This document shows positions 9,806-18,653 of a stretch of DNA of 53,378 bases, piece after piece. Positions within the stretch are counted from its first letter, which is position 1. Each line of letters begins with the position of its first letter. The stretch spans positions 1 to 53,378 of the IMG/VR virus record IMGVR_UViG_3300043398_000164. One strand, given 5' to 3'. This stretch comes from a virus (taxonomy: Duplodnaviria; Caudoviricetes). A program made the translations under genes and the position numbers. The notes under the pieces were generated by a model that saw nothing but the letters and a program-made list of their open reading frames with translations, did no database searches and was not told the origin of the DNA.

Positions 9806-10720
9806 TTAAGAAACTCCTATCCCTTTTTCCGCCAAGTCCTCGGCCCACTTCTCAGCGCGGGATTTTTGCATCTCGGGCGCTGGTCGTGAGGAACCGCCGC
9901 CGAGTCGGGTTTGAGCCTGCTCGCGGACGACCTGGGAGATTGAGGGTTGTGCGGCTGTCTTGCCGTGACGCAGGGCAATCGCTTGGATCGCCTGCTCCTC
10001 GGTGAAGCCGTGTTGTTCGGTCATGGTTTTGAACGCACGATAATCCTGATCTCGCCGATGCCACTCCGGGCTAACGCCGGGGGTGAGCTTCTTCGAGTCG
10101 CCGAGTTCCTTCACGCCCAGACCGTCGCACAGTTTGTCGAACTCCTGTTGCTTGGCGAGTTCGGCTTTCTGTTGTTCGGTCCTGCCCTTTGTCACGGTGT
10201 ACTCGGCGAGCGCCGTGAACTCTTCCTCTCGCTTGGCGTCGCGTTGTTTGTAGAACGCATGGAGCCGTTCCAGTTCGCGGCGTAGCGGATCGGTCGGAGG
10301 CACTTCATCCTCAGGCCACTCAAACTGGAAGTCGGGGTCCGGCGCGATCTTCTCGGCGGCCGGATTCTCAACGTCCGTGCGGGGGGCCTGGAAGCGCGAG
10401 GCAAGCGTCATGGCGAGTCGCACGTCACGATCGCTGGCGGCGGTCGCTAGTACGTCCTCGGGAATGCCAATCGCTCGCGCGACCGCCAACATATTGTCGG
10501 ACGGTCCTTCGGCGACGACCGCTGCGGCCTCGCCGGGTGCTTCGGGCGTCTCGTCGACGACCGGGGGTTCATCCGCCGTTTCCGGCGGGGTGATTTGTTC
10601 CGGCGCCTCGGCCTTGGGCTGTTCCTCCAAGGGGGCGACTGCGGCTGCGAAGCGCGCGAGGCGCTCGTCAGATGTTTCGGGCGCGACAGGCTGCCCGTTG
10701 GTTTCTTCCAGTCCCATCAC
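9806..10720 (-). CDS. Putative scaffolding protein
   Basis: Acidic Pro/Glu-rich N-terminus, coiled coil, directly before the capsid gene. Confidence 0.65.
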   Translation of the reverse strand: MMGLEETNGQPVAPETSDERLARFAAAVAPLEEQPKAEAPEQITPPETADEPPVVDETPEAPGEAAAVVAEGPSDNMLAVARAIGIPEDVLATAASDRDVRLAMTLASRFQAPRTDVENPAAEKIAPDPDFQFEWPEDEVPPTDPLRRELERLHAFYKQRDAKREEEFTALAEYTVTKGRTEQQKAELAKQQEFDKLCDGLGVKELGDSKKLTPGVSPEWHRRDQDYRAFKTMTEQHGFTEEQAIQAIALRHGKTAAQPSISQVVREQAQTRLGGGSSRPAPEMQKSRAEKWAEDLAEKGIGVS

Positions 10721-10962
10721 TTCACTCCGTCTCGGTTGATGAATCCGCGCAAGTCCTCGACCTTCTTGGCCGTCTTAGATGTGTCCATGTGGAGCACGCC
10801 CGTCTGCGGATCGTGATGCGCGCCAGTGATGCCGTGCCGCCGGTAGTGCTCGTTGAACGCGGCGGCTTGCTCGGGCGCGACGGCCATTGAGACGCTGTGC
10901 TCCTTGCAGTCGCGGTTCCCGCGGCGTAAACGCTCTTGAAACTCTCGTTGCTCTTGGCTCAT
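10717..10962 (-). CDS. Small hypothetical protein between portal and scaffold
   Basis: 4-nt overlaps with both neighbours. Confidence 0.7.
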   Translation of the reverse strand: MSQEQREFQERLRRGNRDCKEHSVSMAVAPEQAAAFNEHYRRHGITGAHHDPQTGVLHMDTSKTAKKVEDLRGFINRDGVK

Positions 10963-12743
10963 GCGGCCTCCGGCGCGGGCGCCATCATCGCCAGCGATTG
11001 CTGCCCTTGATCGACTTGGTTGCCGCTAATGCTGCGATGAACGTACTCGCCGCCGGGCTTGCCGATCTGCGAGGCGCCCTCGCCGCCGCCCATCTCTTGC
11101 GGCATGTTGTTGGACGAAAGCAGCTCGAGGTATTCCGGCATGTTCTCGTAGCGGGCCAGAATCTCCAGATACCGCTGAGGATTGGGCTGCGCGCCGCTCA
11201 TCGCAAAGATTTGCGCGCCGGCCAGAATCTCCTGAAACGTCTGGCGGATGCGTTGAGCGCGAACTTCCGGAGGCTGGTGCTTGGTCGAGCCGACCTCGAA
11301 ATCCAGGTCGTAGTCGTCGAACGCACCGAGCCGCGGCGGAATCGGCGTGCCATCCGGCGCCGTCTGCGTATCATCGGCTGCCCCCAGCCACGTATCGGGC
11401 ACGGTGATCGCCGTGCCGGGGATCGTGAGCGAACCGGGGATTTCCGTGATCTTGTCGTGCCAGATCAGCCGCGCCATCTCATTCATGATGCCGCGGACGG
11501 CGTTGATGAAGCGCAACTGGTAGAAGCCGCGCACGCTGCCGACGCTCGCCGAAATCATCTGTTCCTGTCCGAGCGTGTCCGCCGAGGGGCCGGTTCCCAA
11601 TTGATTATCGAGGTTGCCGGCCTGCTTCGAGAATTGATCGAGGCAATTCAGCGTGAATGCGAACAGGTTTTGATCGGGGCCGCCATAGCGCGCCTTCACG
11701 ACCGCGCCAACGCTCGTGACGACGGGGAACTCGCCATTCTTGGCGTTCTTGATCTTGTTGCCGTCGTCCTCATTGCCGCTCTGGACAAGGTTGATTTCCT
11801 TCATGTCCTTGGCTTGCTGCTCCAACTTGTTGTAGTCGGAGTTCACCAATTGATGCAGCAGCAGTAGCCCCAGGCCCGGCGCACTCGGGTACGAGTTATC
11901 CGGCACGGGGCCAAGGTTGAGATAGTGGTACGGGCCACTCTCGCCGCCCGTCCACTTCTGTTCGGCCAAAGGCTCGCTGTAGAGCGGCGCCCAATCTCCG
12001 TCGATGGGGTAAGTGACTGTCTTGCCTTCGGTCGGAATGAAAATATCCGCCAGCCAGATGCGGTCGATAATATCCTCTTCGTCGACCGCCGGCGCCATAT
12101 TCGAGTCGCCCTCTTGGCGCACGAGACAGGCCCGACCCTTCTCTTTGATCGCGGTGCGAATCTTCGCCGGAATCCGCACGTCATGGACGATGTTCTCGAA
12201 GGGGACCGTGTAGCGGTCGCCGACGAACGCAAACCCATGCGTCCGCTTGGCCTGCGCGTCCCACACCATGTCGTCTTGCGAAATGGCCAGACAACACGGC
12301 ATCCCAGGATCGAGCCATTCATCCGCCTCGACCATCACGGCTGGCGAGTCGCCCATGAAGCACTTGATGACGCCCATGCCGACAAAGGCGTTGCGGGCGA
12401 ACTCCTCGAGGGACTCCTGCAAGTGCGCCCGCTCGGCGTAGCGGTTGATCGCCCGGCTCATATGCTCGGCGAAGCCGCGCAGCTTGGGGTCGTGCGTCGT
12501 GATGAGGCACCGCGGCGAGCCAGCCGCCAGCGTAATCGCTTCGGCGTCGGCCGCTTGACGAAGGAGATTGATAATCTCCTTGCGGCGCTTGTTGTTCGGG
12601 TAGAGCGTGCCCGCAATGGTGCGGATCAGCGTTTCCCGACTCTTGCGGTGCGGCGCGAGCAGCTTGAAATGCTGTGGAACCGCTTGTGTCAGTCGGCGAA
12701 AGTCCAAGAACAGGGCTTCCCCAACTTGCCGCTCCTTACGCAC
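10959..12743 (-). CDS. Portal protein
   Basis: 594 aa directly after TerL; helical, with TLGQEQMI segment and Gln/Pro-rich tail typical of podoviral portals. Confidence 0.75.
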   Translation of the reverse strand: MRKERQVGEALFLDFRRLTQAVPQHFKLLAPHRKSRETLIRTIAGTLYPNNKRRKEIINLLRQAADAEAITLAAGSPRCLITTHDPKLRGFAEHMSRAINRYAERAHLQESLEEFARNAFVGMGVIKCFMGDSPAVMVEADEWLDPGMPCCLAISQDDMVWDAQAKRTHGFAFVGDRYTVPFENIVHDVRIPAKIRTAIKEKGRACLVRQEGDSNMAPAVDEEDIIDRIWLADIFIPTEGKTVTYPIDGDWAPLYSEPLAEQKWTGGESGPYHYLNLGPVPDNSYPSAPGLGLLLLHQLVNSDYNKLEQQAKDMKEINLVQSGNEDDGNKIKNAKNGEFPVVTSVGAVVKARYGGPDQNLFAFTLNCLDQFSKQAGNLDNQLGTGPSADTLGQEQMISASVGSVRGFYQLRFINAVRGIMNEMARLIWHDKITEIPGSLTIPGTAITVPDTWLGAADDTQTAPDGTPIPPRLGAFDDYDLDFEVGSTKHQPPEVRAQRIRQTFQEILAGAQIFAMSGAQPNPQRYLEILARYENMPEYLELLSSNNMPQEMGGGEGASQIGKPGGEYVHRSISGNQVDQGQQSLAMMAPAPEAA

Positions 12744-12784
12744 AAGCTATCGGGAGTATTGCAATCCTGACTAAATCGGTCAAG

Positions 12785-15625
12785 TCACCACTCGCACGAC
12801 ATGGCATTGGCCTCTTCGCGCCCTGCCGCGTAAATCCGGCTTCCCAAACTCCCCTCGGGGGCCTGATGCAGCCGTTCCCAGTCGGAAATTTGCTGTTGAG
12901 CGGCCATCTTACGGGCATCCAGCGCCCGGACGGCGATGGCCGCCCCGACCGCCCGATCGCCGTGGTTCTCTCCGGCCTCGGAGGCGTCAAACGCCGTGCG
13001 GCTCTTGGGATGCTCGATCTTCCCGCCCACCCCATCGACAAAAATGTACTCGCCGCATTCCAAGATCAGCGGCAAACTGAGGATTTCCACCGCATCGTCG
13101 TTCATGGCGATCATCAGTGGCCGCATCGTCTCGGCCTTATTGCTGTTGTGATACCCAGGCAGCACGCCCGGCTTGGCATACGGCCGAAACTCATCCCCTT
13201 CGGCCTGATAGTAGAGGTTCGGGTAGCCCAGTTCGACGATCTTGGACGTGAAAATCGACCCCGGCAGGGCATTCCGCTCCCAATTGAGCACCGGCCACGT
13301 CAAATCCCCCCCGAACCACGCGCAGATCGCATAGATGTACTCGGCGAAATGGTCCGCATACATGTCGTTGCGCACGACTTCCGCGACCTGCCGCCGCGTG
13401 GACAGGTCAAAGAAGATGGCCGTCGAATTGCTTGAGCCGGAACCCCCCGTTCCGCCGCCCAAGTCACACCCGACGGCCAATCTCAGCCGCGGCGGACGCC
13501 CATCGACCACCGGAACCCATAGGGAAATCGGCCCCCGATCGACAGTTTGCCACGACGAGTCCTTGAGATTCGCCGGATTGGCTTGTAAATCCCCCCGGAC
13601 CATTGGCTCGACGCACCGCGCCTTATATCGCTCAATGGTCGCGGGGTTGAACGGCTTGCCCGACGCCCCGCCAAAGTCCATGTCGTATTCGCGCGACATG
13701 TACTTCGCGTTGTCGCCCGATTCGCGCCACTTACGGTCGTACCAGACGCTCCGCACCCGACCATCCAAAATAAACTCGTAGTCGGGCGGGAACTCATAGT
13801 CATCGAGCTGCTGGACTTTCCCCTTCTTGGCGGTGTATTTGCCAATCCGATGAACCGGATTGTCTTTCCAGTCCAGCGTGTACGTGAGCCACGGGCCGGG
13901 ATTCTCCAGTTTGCGAAAGTGCTCGGTATTCTCATCATTACTGGACGAAATCAGCAGAATTTGATTCGTCGTCGCCAGCAGATTCACAATCGCCTTCGTG
14001 TCGTAGCCCTTCATGAAGAAGCCGGCTTCGTCCAGAAAGAACGACGTGTACCGATCCGAGCGCCCGATATTCTCCGTGGCGCTTTCGGCATACAGCAGCG
14101 CCCCCGTGTCGGGATTCTCCCAGGTATGGGCGGTGACGCGGCGATGCACGTCGGGATTCCACTTCCGGGGGAGCATCCAGCCGGGGAGATTCTTCAAGAG
14201 GAAGTCGAACTTCCACCCCAGCGACCCATGCCGCGCGGGATCGTCCGCCTTCTGCATCGTCTCGCTGCCCATCCCCAGCACGCAGCCATGCTTGCGGAAC
14301 AGCCACGCCCAGCAGTACGCCGCCAGCACCATCCACGACGCGCCCTGCTCGCGACTCTTGCGCTCGACAATGTGCCGCTGGCCAAAGTAATGCTGCAAGC
14401 CAGCAATCAGCGGGTCTTGATGCTCCCACGTATTGAAGGGGATGGCGCCATAGACCGGATTGCCTAACGCATCGGTAATCCCATCCCGCGGCTCGTAAAT
14501 CCAGCAGTTGTGAACCAACAGCGGTTCACCATTTCCGTCGATGACGGTAAAGCAACGATTAGGTCCGCAATTCAAGAGATCGTAGACAACCGCCGTCCGT
14601 GAATCCCCGGAGCAAGTAACCGATCGCCCGTCAGACCCATGCGAATGCGGTATTGAATTGCCGCCTTGGTCACGCCCGCAATCGCCGCCGCTTCGGTCAG
14701 CGTCAACCTGCCGAGCGTCGCGTTGATAATCACATTGCGGCGCGTATTGTTGGCTTGCTCTTTTCTCGTGGCCCAGCGACAGTTCATCGGGTAGTAGCCG
14801 AAGTTGTTGTCGATCCGTTCGAGCGTCAAGCCAGGAGGGCGCTCGCCCATATCTTGGAGGAAATTCTCGAACGTCAGCCACCTCGCACAGACTTCGATTT
14901 CCCTGCCGCCGTAGCGATGATAGCTGGCATTGTTGGGATTGCTGCAACGATCGTGCATCGACATCCAAATCGTATAAATTGATTCCCCTGAGCGGCCGTG
15001 CGTCTTTCTTCCGCCTTGCTTGCATCCCTTGCGACCGCAGCTTTTTTGCTTGCCGCGGCGAAGATTGTCTCCGCTCACAATCCGCTCGTTCCCGCACTCG
15101 CAGCGGCAAAGCCACGCCGCCTGTGTCGTCGTGCGGTAAAACCCCTCGCGCCGAATAACCGTCAGGCAGTCGAACTGGAGCCCGGTCAAGTCGATCACCT
15201 GCGTCTTTCCAGCCATGTTTCGTCCACACTAAATGGTCGTGCGTGAGGTAAATCTTATACGCAAAGATAACAGACTTACGACCCTTGCACAACGCACCGC
15301 CTTGGCTCACCCAGTTCTCGCCGTCCCACACGAGATCATCGCTGGTCACGCACTCGATCGGGACAAGTCCTCGATCTGTCACCACGGGCGTACCGACAGC
15401 AAGGCAGAATGCATTGATGTAAAACAGCAGGTCGGAAGCACACGCTTCCAGAAGAGATTGCTGAAACGCCTTGTCCTCGGCCGCCCGCTCGGCGAGCATG
15501 ACCCGATACTCGAAGTGCGCCAGCGGGTCTTTAGGGACCGTCCCATACCACGGCGCCGCAGCGACCAGGGGATGAATCGTCCCCGGCTCAAACTGCAAAG
15601 TTTCGCCAACCGGCCAATCTCGCAC
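12785..15625 (-). CDS. terL: Terminase large subunit precursor containing an intein
   Basis: Walker A-like RKSREQGASW, Walker B FFLDEAG, nuclease VGCDLGGG and HGDRAVG. Start uncertain (GTG 15625 or TTG 15598). Confidence 0.92.
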   Translation of the reverse strand: MRDWPVGETLQFEPGTIHPLVAAAPWYGTVPKDPLAHFEYRVMLAERAAEDKAFQQSLLEACASDLLFYINAFCLAVGTPVVTDRGLVPIECVTSDDLVWDGENWVSQGGALCKGRKSVIFAYKIYLTHDHLVWTKHGWKDAGDRLDRAPVRLPDGYSARGVLPHDDTGGVALPLRVRERADCERRQSSPRQAKKLRSQGMQARRKKDARPLRGINLYDLDVDARSLQQSQQCQLSSLRRQGNRSLCEVADVREFPPRYGRAPSWLDARTDRQQLRLLPDELSLGHEKRASQQYAPQCDYQRDARQVDADRSGGDCGRDQGGNSIPHSHGSDGRSVTCSGDSRTAVVYDLLNCGPNRCFTVIDGNGEPLLVHNCWIYEPRDGITDALGNPVYGAIPFNTWEHQDPLIAGLQHYFGQRHIVERKSREQGASWMVLAAYCWAWLFRKHGCVLGMGSETMQKADDPARHGSLGWKFDFLLKNLPGWMLPRKWNPDVHRRVTAHTWENPDTGALLYAESATENIGRSDRYTSFFLDEAGFFMKGYDTKAIVNLLATTNQILLISSSNDENTEHFRKLENPGPWLTYTLDWKDNPVHRIGKYTAKKGKVQQLDDYEFPPDYEFILDGRVRSVWYDRKWRESGDNAKYMSREYDMDFGGASGKPFNPATIERYKARCVEPMVRGDLQANPANLKDSSWQTVDRGPISLWVPVVDGRPPRLRLAVGCDLGGGTGGSGSSNSTAIFFDLSTRRQVAEVVRNDMYADHFAEYIYAICAWFGGDLTWPVLNWERNALPGSIFTSKIVELGYPNLYYQAEGDEFRPYAKPGVLPGYHNSNKAETMRPLMIAMNDDAVEILSLPLILECGEYIFVDGVGGKIEHPKSRTAFDASEAGENHGDRAVGAAIAVRALDARKMAAQQQISDWERLHQAPEGSLGSRIYAAGREEANAMSCEW
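14507..15406 (-). mobile_element. Intein, 300 aa, in TerL
   Basis: Block A CLAVGTPVVTDRG, block B LTHDH, block F VYDLLNCGPNRCFTV, block G LVHN followed by Cys+1. Splicing restores INAF|CWIYEPR. Confidence 0.92.
14572..15216 (-). CDS. HNH-type homing endonuclease nested in an alternative frame within the intein
   Basis: IDLTGLQFDCLTV..WLCRCECG..SCG..HG..WMSMHDRC..YGGREIEVCARW..LERIDNNFGYYPMNCRWAT; own ATG and TGA, offset +1 from the intein frame. Confidence 0.9.
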   Translation of the reverse strand: MAGKTQVIDLTGLQFDCLTVIRREGFYRTTTQAAWLCRCECGNERIVSGDNLRRGKQKSCGRKGCKQGGRKTHGRSGESIYTIWMSMHDRCSNPNNASYHRYGGREIEVCARWLTFENFLQDMGERPPGLTLERIDNNFGYYPMNCRWATRKEQANNTRRNVIINATLGRLTLTEAAAIAGVTKAAIQYRIRMGLTGDRLLAPGIHGRRLSTIS

Positions 15626-15648
15626 AAACCACCCAGTGGCAACCGCTC

Positions 15649-15984
15649 CTAGGCCGGCATTGTAACAGGCCAGCACAGCGAAACGGCAGGTCCATCCGGC
15701 GAGCCGCATGGATGCTCGCAAAAAGTCAGACCGTACCAAGATTTCGCCCGCCCCACGTCTCCGTCCACCGGCTCCCTGTAGCAATTGAATAAATCCGTCA
15801 GCGAGTCAACAAGACCGCTGCAAAGATGCAGCGTTCGGTCGCCGACGCGAATCACCGCCGGACGACCGCACCGCTCGCACACCAATCGCGTCTCCAATTC
15901 CTCAACATGACCCCAACCGGCCTTGTCAATCAGAAACGACACATGGCACAGCTCAATGTGCGAAATCTCCTGACTACTTGGCAT
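15649..15984 (-). CDS. Cys-rich hypothetical protein
   Basis: ORF between the TerS candidate and TerL; CERCG motif. Confidence 0.55.
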   Translation of the reverse strand: MPSSQEISHIELCHVSFLIDKAGWGHVEELETRLVCERCGRPAVIRVGDRTLHLCSGLVDSLTDLFNCYREPVDGDVGRAKSWYGLTFCEHPCGSPDGPAVSLCWPVTMPA

Positions 15985-16678
15985 TGACCTTCTCCGCCCT
16001 CGCCTTGAGCGCCGCCAAATCCCCCTTCAAGTCCTCGACCCGCTTCTGCTCCTCGGTGAGCTTCCCATCCGAAACATTCGATTGCTTGATGCTCTTGGCC
16101 GACTCCTCCAAAAGCTTGTGCAACAGCGCCGGCTTCTGCTGGCACTGCTGAAAGAGCGTCAGCGCCGCATCGTTGGGAGCCGGATTGACCCGCTCGTACT
16201 GCTTCACGCACGCCCGCTGCACCGGATCAAGATTGAACCGCCCGCACTCCGAACACACCCCCGGCCGAGCGTCCTTGGGCAACTGAAAGATCGGGTGCTG
16301 CACCACCCACCGCACATGCGGCTGCATATGCGACAACTCCATCTGCTGGCGCAACATCGGCGTGAGCGTCTCACCGCTCTTGGTCATCCGCGCCTCAAGA
16401 AATCGCGTCACGATCTTCGACGCCACATCCCGCCGATCCGTCACCCCCATCCGCATCGCATCGAGCTTCGCCTGCCGAACCCACATCTGCGCCGCCACCT
16501 TCTGCCCAGCCGCCGAATACCGCGCCAACAACCGCCCCCAAGGCTGGTTGCCCCAATCCTCCACGGAGAGCCCCTCCGACTCCAACCACGCCACCAACTC
16601 GGGGGTCCGCTCGGCAATAATCCGCTTCGCCTCCGCGGTGTTCTCTTCACGCGTAAATCCGGGAATGACCTTACCCAT
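15974..16678 (-). CDS. Hypothetical protein, terminase small subunit candidate
   Basis: GGAGG RBS; upstream of TerL; C-terminal coiled coil. Function by position only. Confidence 0.45.
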   Translation of the reverse strand: MGKVIPGFTREENTAEAKRIIAERTPELVAWLESEGLSVEDWGNQPWGRLLARYSAAGQKVAAQMWVRQAKLDAMRMGVTDRRDVASKIVTRFLEARMTKSGETLTPMLRQQMELSHMQPHVRWVVQHPIFQLPKDARPGVCSECGRFNLDPVQRACVKQYERVNPAPNDAALTLFQQCQQKPALLHKLLEESAKSIKQSNVSDGKLTEEQKRVEDLKGDLAALKARAEKVNAK

Positions 16679-16950
16679 TACTTCGTCCCCTCCTGAACCC
16701 TCAACTCCAGAAACATCGCATCCCAGGTCGTCGTGTGAGAACCCGTGAGCCGGTTATAGGCCGACGACTCAAGGCTGGAACCGATGATCCACCACAGCAG
16801 CACCCCCACAAAGAAGATTCCGATAGAAATAACGGCCCCAGTGACGTGATCTTGGGATTCCTTCCGAAACCGCTCCTTCATGGCTGAATGCTCGGCAGCC
16901 CATTTCTCAGCTAATTGCACACTTAACCTCCAAGAGACGCTCCATCTCAC
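16678..16950 (-). CDS. Small membrane protein
   Basis: One hydrophobic helix (AVISIGIFFVGVLLWWIIG); start uncertain. Confidence 0.6.
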   Translation of the reverse strand: MRWSVSWRLSVQLAEKWAAEHSAMKERFRKESQDHVTGAVISIGIFFVGVLLWWIIGSSLESSAYNRLTGSHTTTWDAMFLELRVQEGTK

Positions 16951-17220
16951 TCACTGGACAGTTTTGTAAACGGGAATAAGCGACATCTTATACCCATCCG
17001 GGCGGCGGGTTTCCGGTTTCGGTGCATGCTCGCCGCAGAAGTCCGATGAGTCAGTCGTTGGCCAGTAGGGCATGATGTCCTCAGTGACTTCGCCAATCTC
17101 AAATGTCCGCCAAATAGGAATCGGCGGGTATCGGCGACACTCCGAAGTCCCCGACTCTAGGACCTCAGCCTCATCAGCCCTCCACCACCGACACGTCTCG
17201 CACGTCCGATTGTCAGCCAT
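16951..17220 (-). CDS. Cys-motif hypothetical protein (CxxC...CRRYPP...WP...DFCGEH)
   Basis: Common small phage protein pattern, possibly metal-binding. Confidence 0.7.
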   Translation of the reverse strand: MADNRTCETCRWWRADEAEVLESGTSECRRYPPIPIWRTFEIGEVTEDIMPYWPTTDSSDFCGEHAPKPETRRPDGYKMSLIPVYKTVQ

Positions 17221-17273
17221 CGTCCCTAATCCCCATCACTGCAATGAGTTAAGCGGCCACCGCATCCAAAAAA

Positions 17274-17406
17274 GCCGCGGGGAGGGCTCGAACCTCCACT
17301 CCTGTGATCCAGCAGCGGCACGTGGCTGGCCATGTCACAGCCCCTTGGACTCGTGGTGTTCCACTGCTCAATCGTCGGGGCTCTAGCCATTTGAGCCTAC
17401 CGCGGC
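17274..17406 (-). ncRNA. tRNA-like RNA with enlarged central arms
   Basis: 7-bp acceptor stem GCCGCGG/CCGCGGC, D arm GCTC-AAATGGCTA-GAGC, T arm GGAGG-TTCGAGC-CCTCC. About 80 nt lie between the D and T arms; no CCA; followed by T6. Confidence 0.65.
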
Positions 17407-18287
17407 AATAAACCAAACCACCGCTCATTCTCCCGACGCTCCGCCTCATCCAACTTACACTCAAGCCACTTCCGGTCCTCCTCCGCAAGATACGCCAAGA
17501 TCAACGCCTCGCCAGAGCCCCTGGGAGGCTCACTGTGGCGTTCGGAATCCGAGTGGCTGTCTGACACTGTTGTTGTTGCGGAAATGTGCGTAGCGAGGTG
17601 TGGGGACTAATAACGCTTCTACGCTGGCGAAGCCGCCGGGGTCGCATCCAAAAACTACGCGAACCAGGTAAAGGGACTCCTGATCGGCCCCAGTTGCACG
17701 CAACCGATGATCTACGCTGTTGAGACTGTGCGTATGTCCTTACGCATCATGTACTTGCGTTGTGCGTTTGTGATGTGCTACCCTACCCCGCTGGTGGGTG
17801 GGGTGGGGGTGGACTGTGGGCGCACGTGGTGGTGGGAGCTGGGCGAGGCAGGGCTGGTGATACTAACCCCTGCCTCACTCACACCTATCCGTTGATCGTC
17901 GGGCATTGCTCCCCTATTCTTTCGACCAGCCCTTGGCGCGCGGCCGGCAACTCATGCTTGGAAGCGTAGAGCCGTATCCGGTCAGACCTAGCGGTTGCTA
18001 GGCTGGTTGCGTCTATCCCCGGCCGTGCAATTGGCACAACACGAGCCGGATCAACTAGGCGGCCATTTGTGCGTCGCGTTGTTTGCCCGCAGGCCCATCG
18101 GTGCAACATCCGTATCCCGCAGGACTGGCCCAATTGCAGCATGGCCTATTTGTGCGCTGACAGTCCTGTTGTCGGCGTAGCGGCGCAGGGCCGCCCGGTT
18201 GGTGTTGCCGGCATTGTGTACGCGACACCGAGCGGCCGAGATTGACCCTTTAGAACGTCGAGTACACCGCGGCAAACACCGTCCCAA

Positions 18288-18512
18288 CTATTCGCCAGTC
18301 CCCTGCCCCTGGTCAAGGTCCGCGGCAACGATCTTCCGCTTGCGCCTGGCGGATCGACCAAGCGCCGCCCTGATCCACGCCGATAGACTCATCCCCTCGG
18401 CGTGCGCTCGCAGCCTGTATCGCTCCCAATCGGCATCAGACACCCTGACGTTTCTGTATCGCAGCGGACTGTCCGTCCTGGGCCGACCAGCTTTTCCTAG
18501 ATTATTTTCCAT
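18288..18512 (-). CDS. Ribbon-helix-helix (Arc/CopG-like) DNA-binding protein, likely repressor
   Basis: RNVRVSDADWERYRLRAHAEGMSLSAWIRAAL; divergent from the early operon. Confidence 0.8.
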   Translation of the reverse strand: MENNLGKAGRPRTDSPLRYRNVRVSDADWERYRLRAHAEGMSLSAWIRAALGRSARRKRKIVAADLDQGQGTGE

Positions 18513-18516
18513 GCCG

Positions 18517-18546
18517 TAATTGTTGTGGGGCAATGCTTTCCGTCAA
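18517..18546 (-). promoter_or_regulatory. Leftward promoter for the RHH gene, probably leaderless
   Basis: TTGACG-16 nt-AACAAT ending about 6 nt before ATG 18512; no SD. Confidence 0.45.
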
Positions 18547-18568
18547 GTGCTTAGATATTTGTGGTAGA

Positions 18569-18603
18569 GTTGTGTTGACACAACAATTAGGCGTCGATAT
18601 TCT
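18569..18603 (+). promoter_or_regulatory. Early sigma70 promoter with a palindromic operator over the -35
   Basis: TTGACA(18575)-17 nt-TATTCT; inverted repeat GTTGTGT-TG-ACACAAC (18569-18584). Confidence 0.8.
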
Positions 18604-18653
18604 TCATTCATGCGGCGCCCACACCGGGGCCGAGCCTAGTAATTGGGGAAGCC

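Noticed and set aside
6831-13435. Long plus-strand ORFs opposite the structural genes (e.g. 6831-7799, 10887-11867, 11925-12770)
   Set aside because: Typical antisense shadow ORFs of GC-rich coding DNA, with no motifs or RBS.
15626-15784. N-terminal extension of TerL to 15784
   Set aside because: It overlaps the upstream gene and reads as a shadow sequence; a later start is more plausible.
17274-17406. Canonical tRNA, tRNA-Sec or tmRNA
   Set aside because: No assignable anticodon loop, no CCA, no G3:U70 or tag ORF; kept only as tRNA-like.
17793-17820. G-quadruplex as a stand-alone feature
   Set aside because: The fourth G3 tract is 8 nt away and the adjacent C-rich sequence can form a competing hairpin; mentioned only within the terminus finding.
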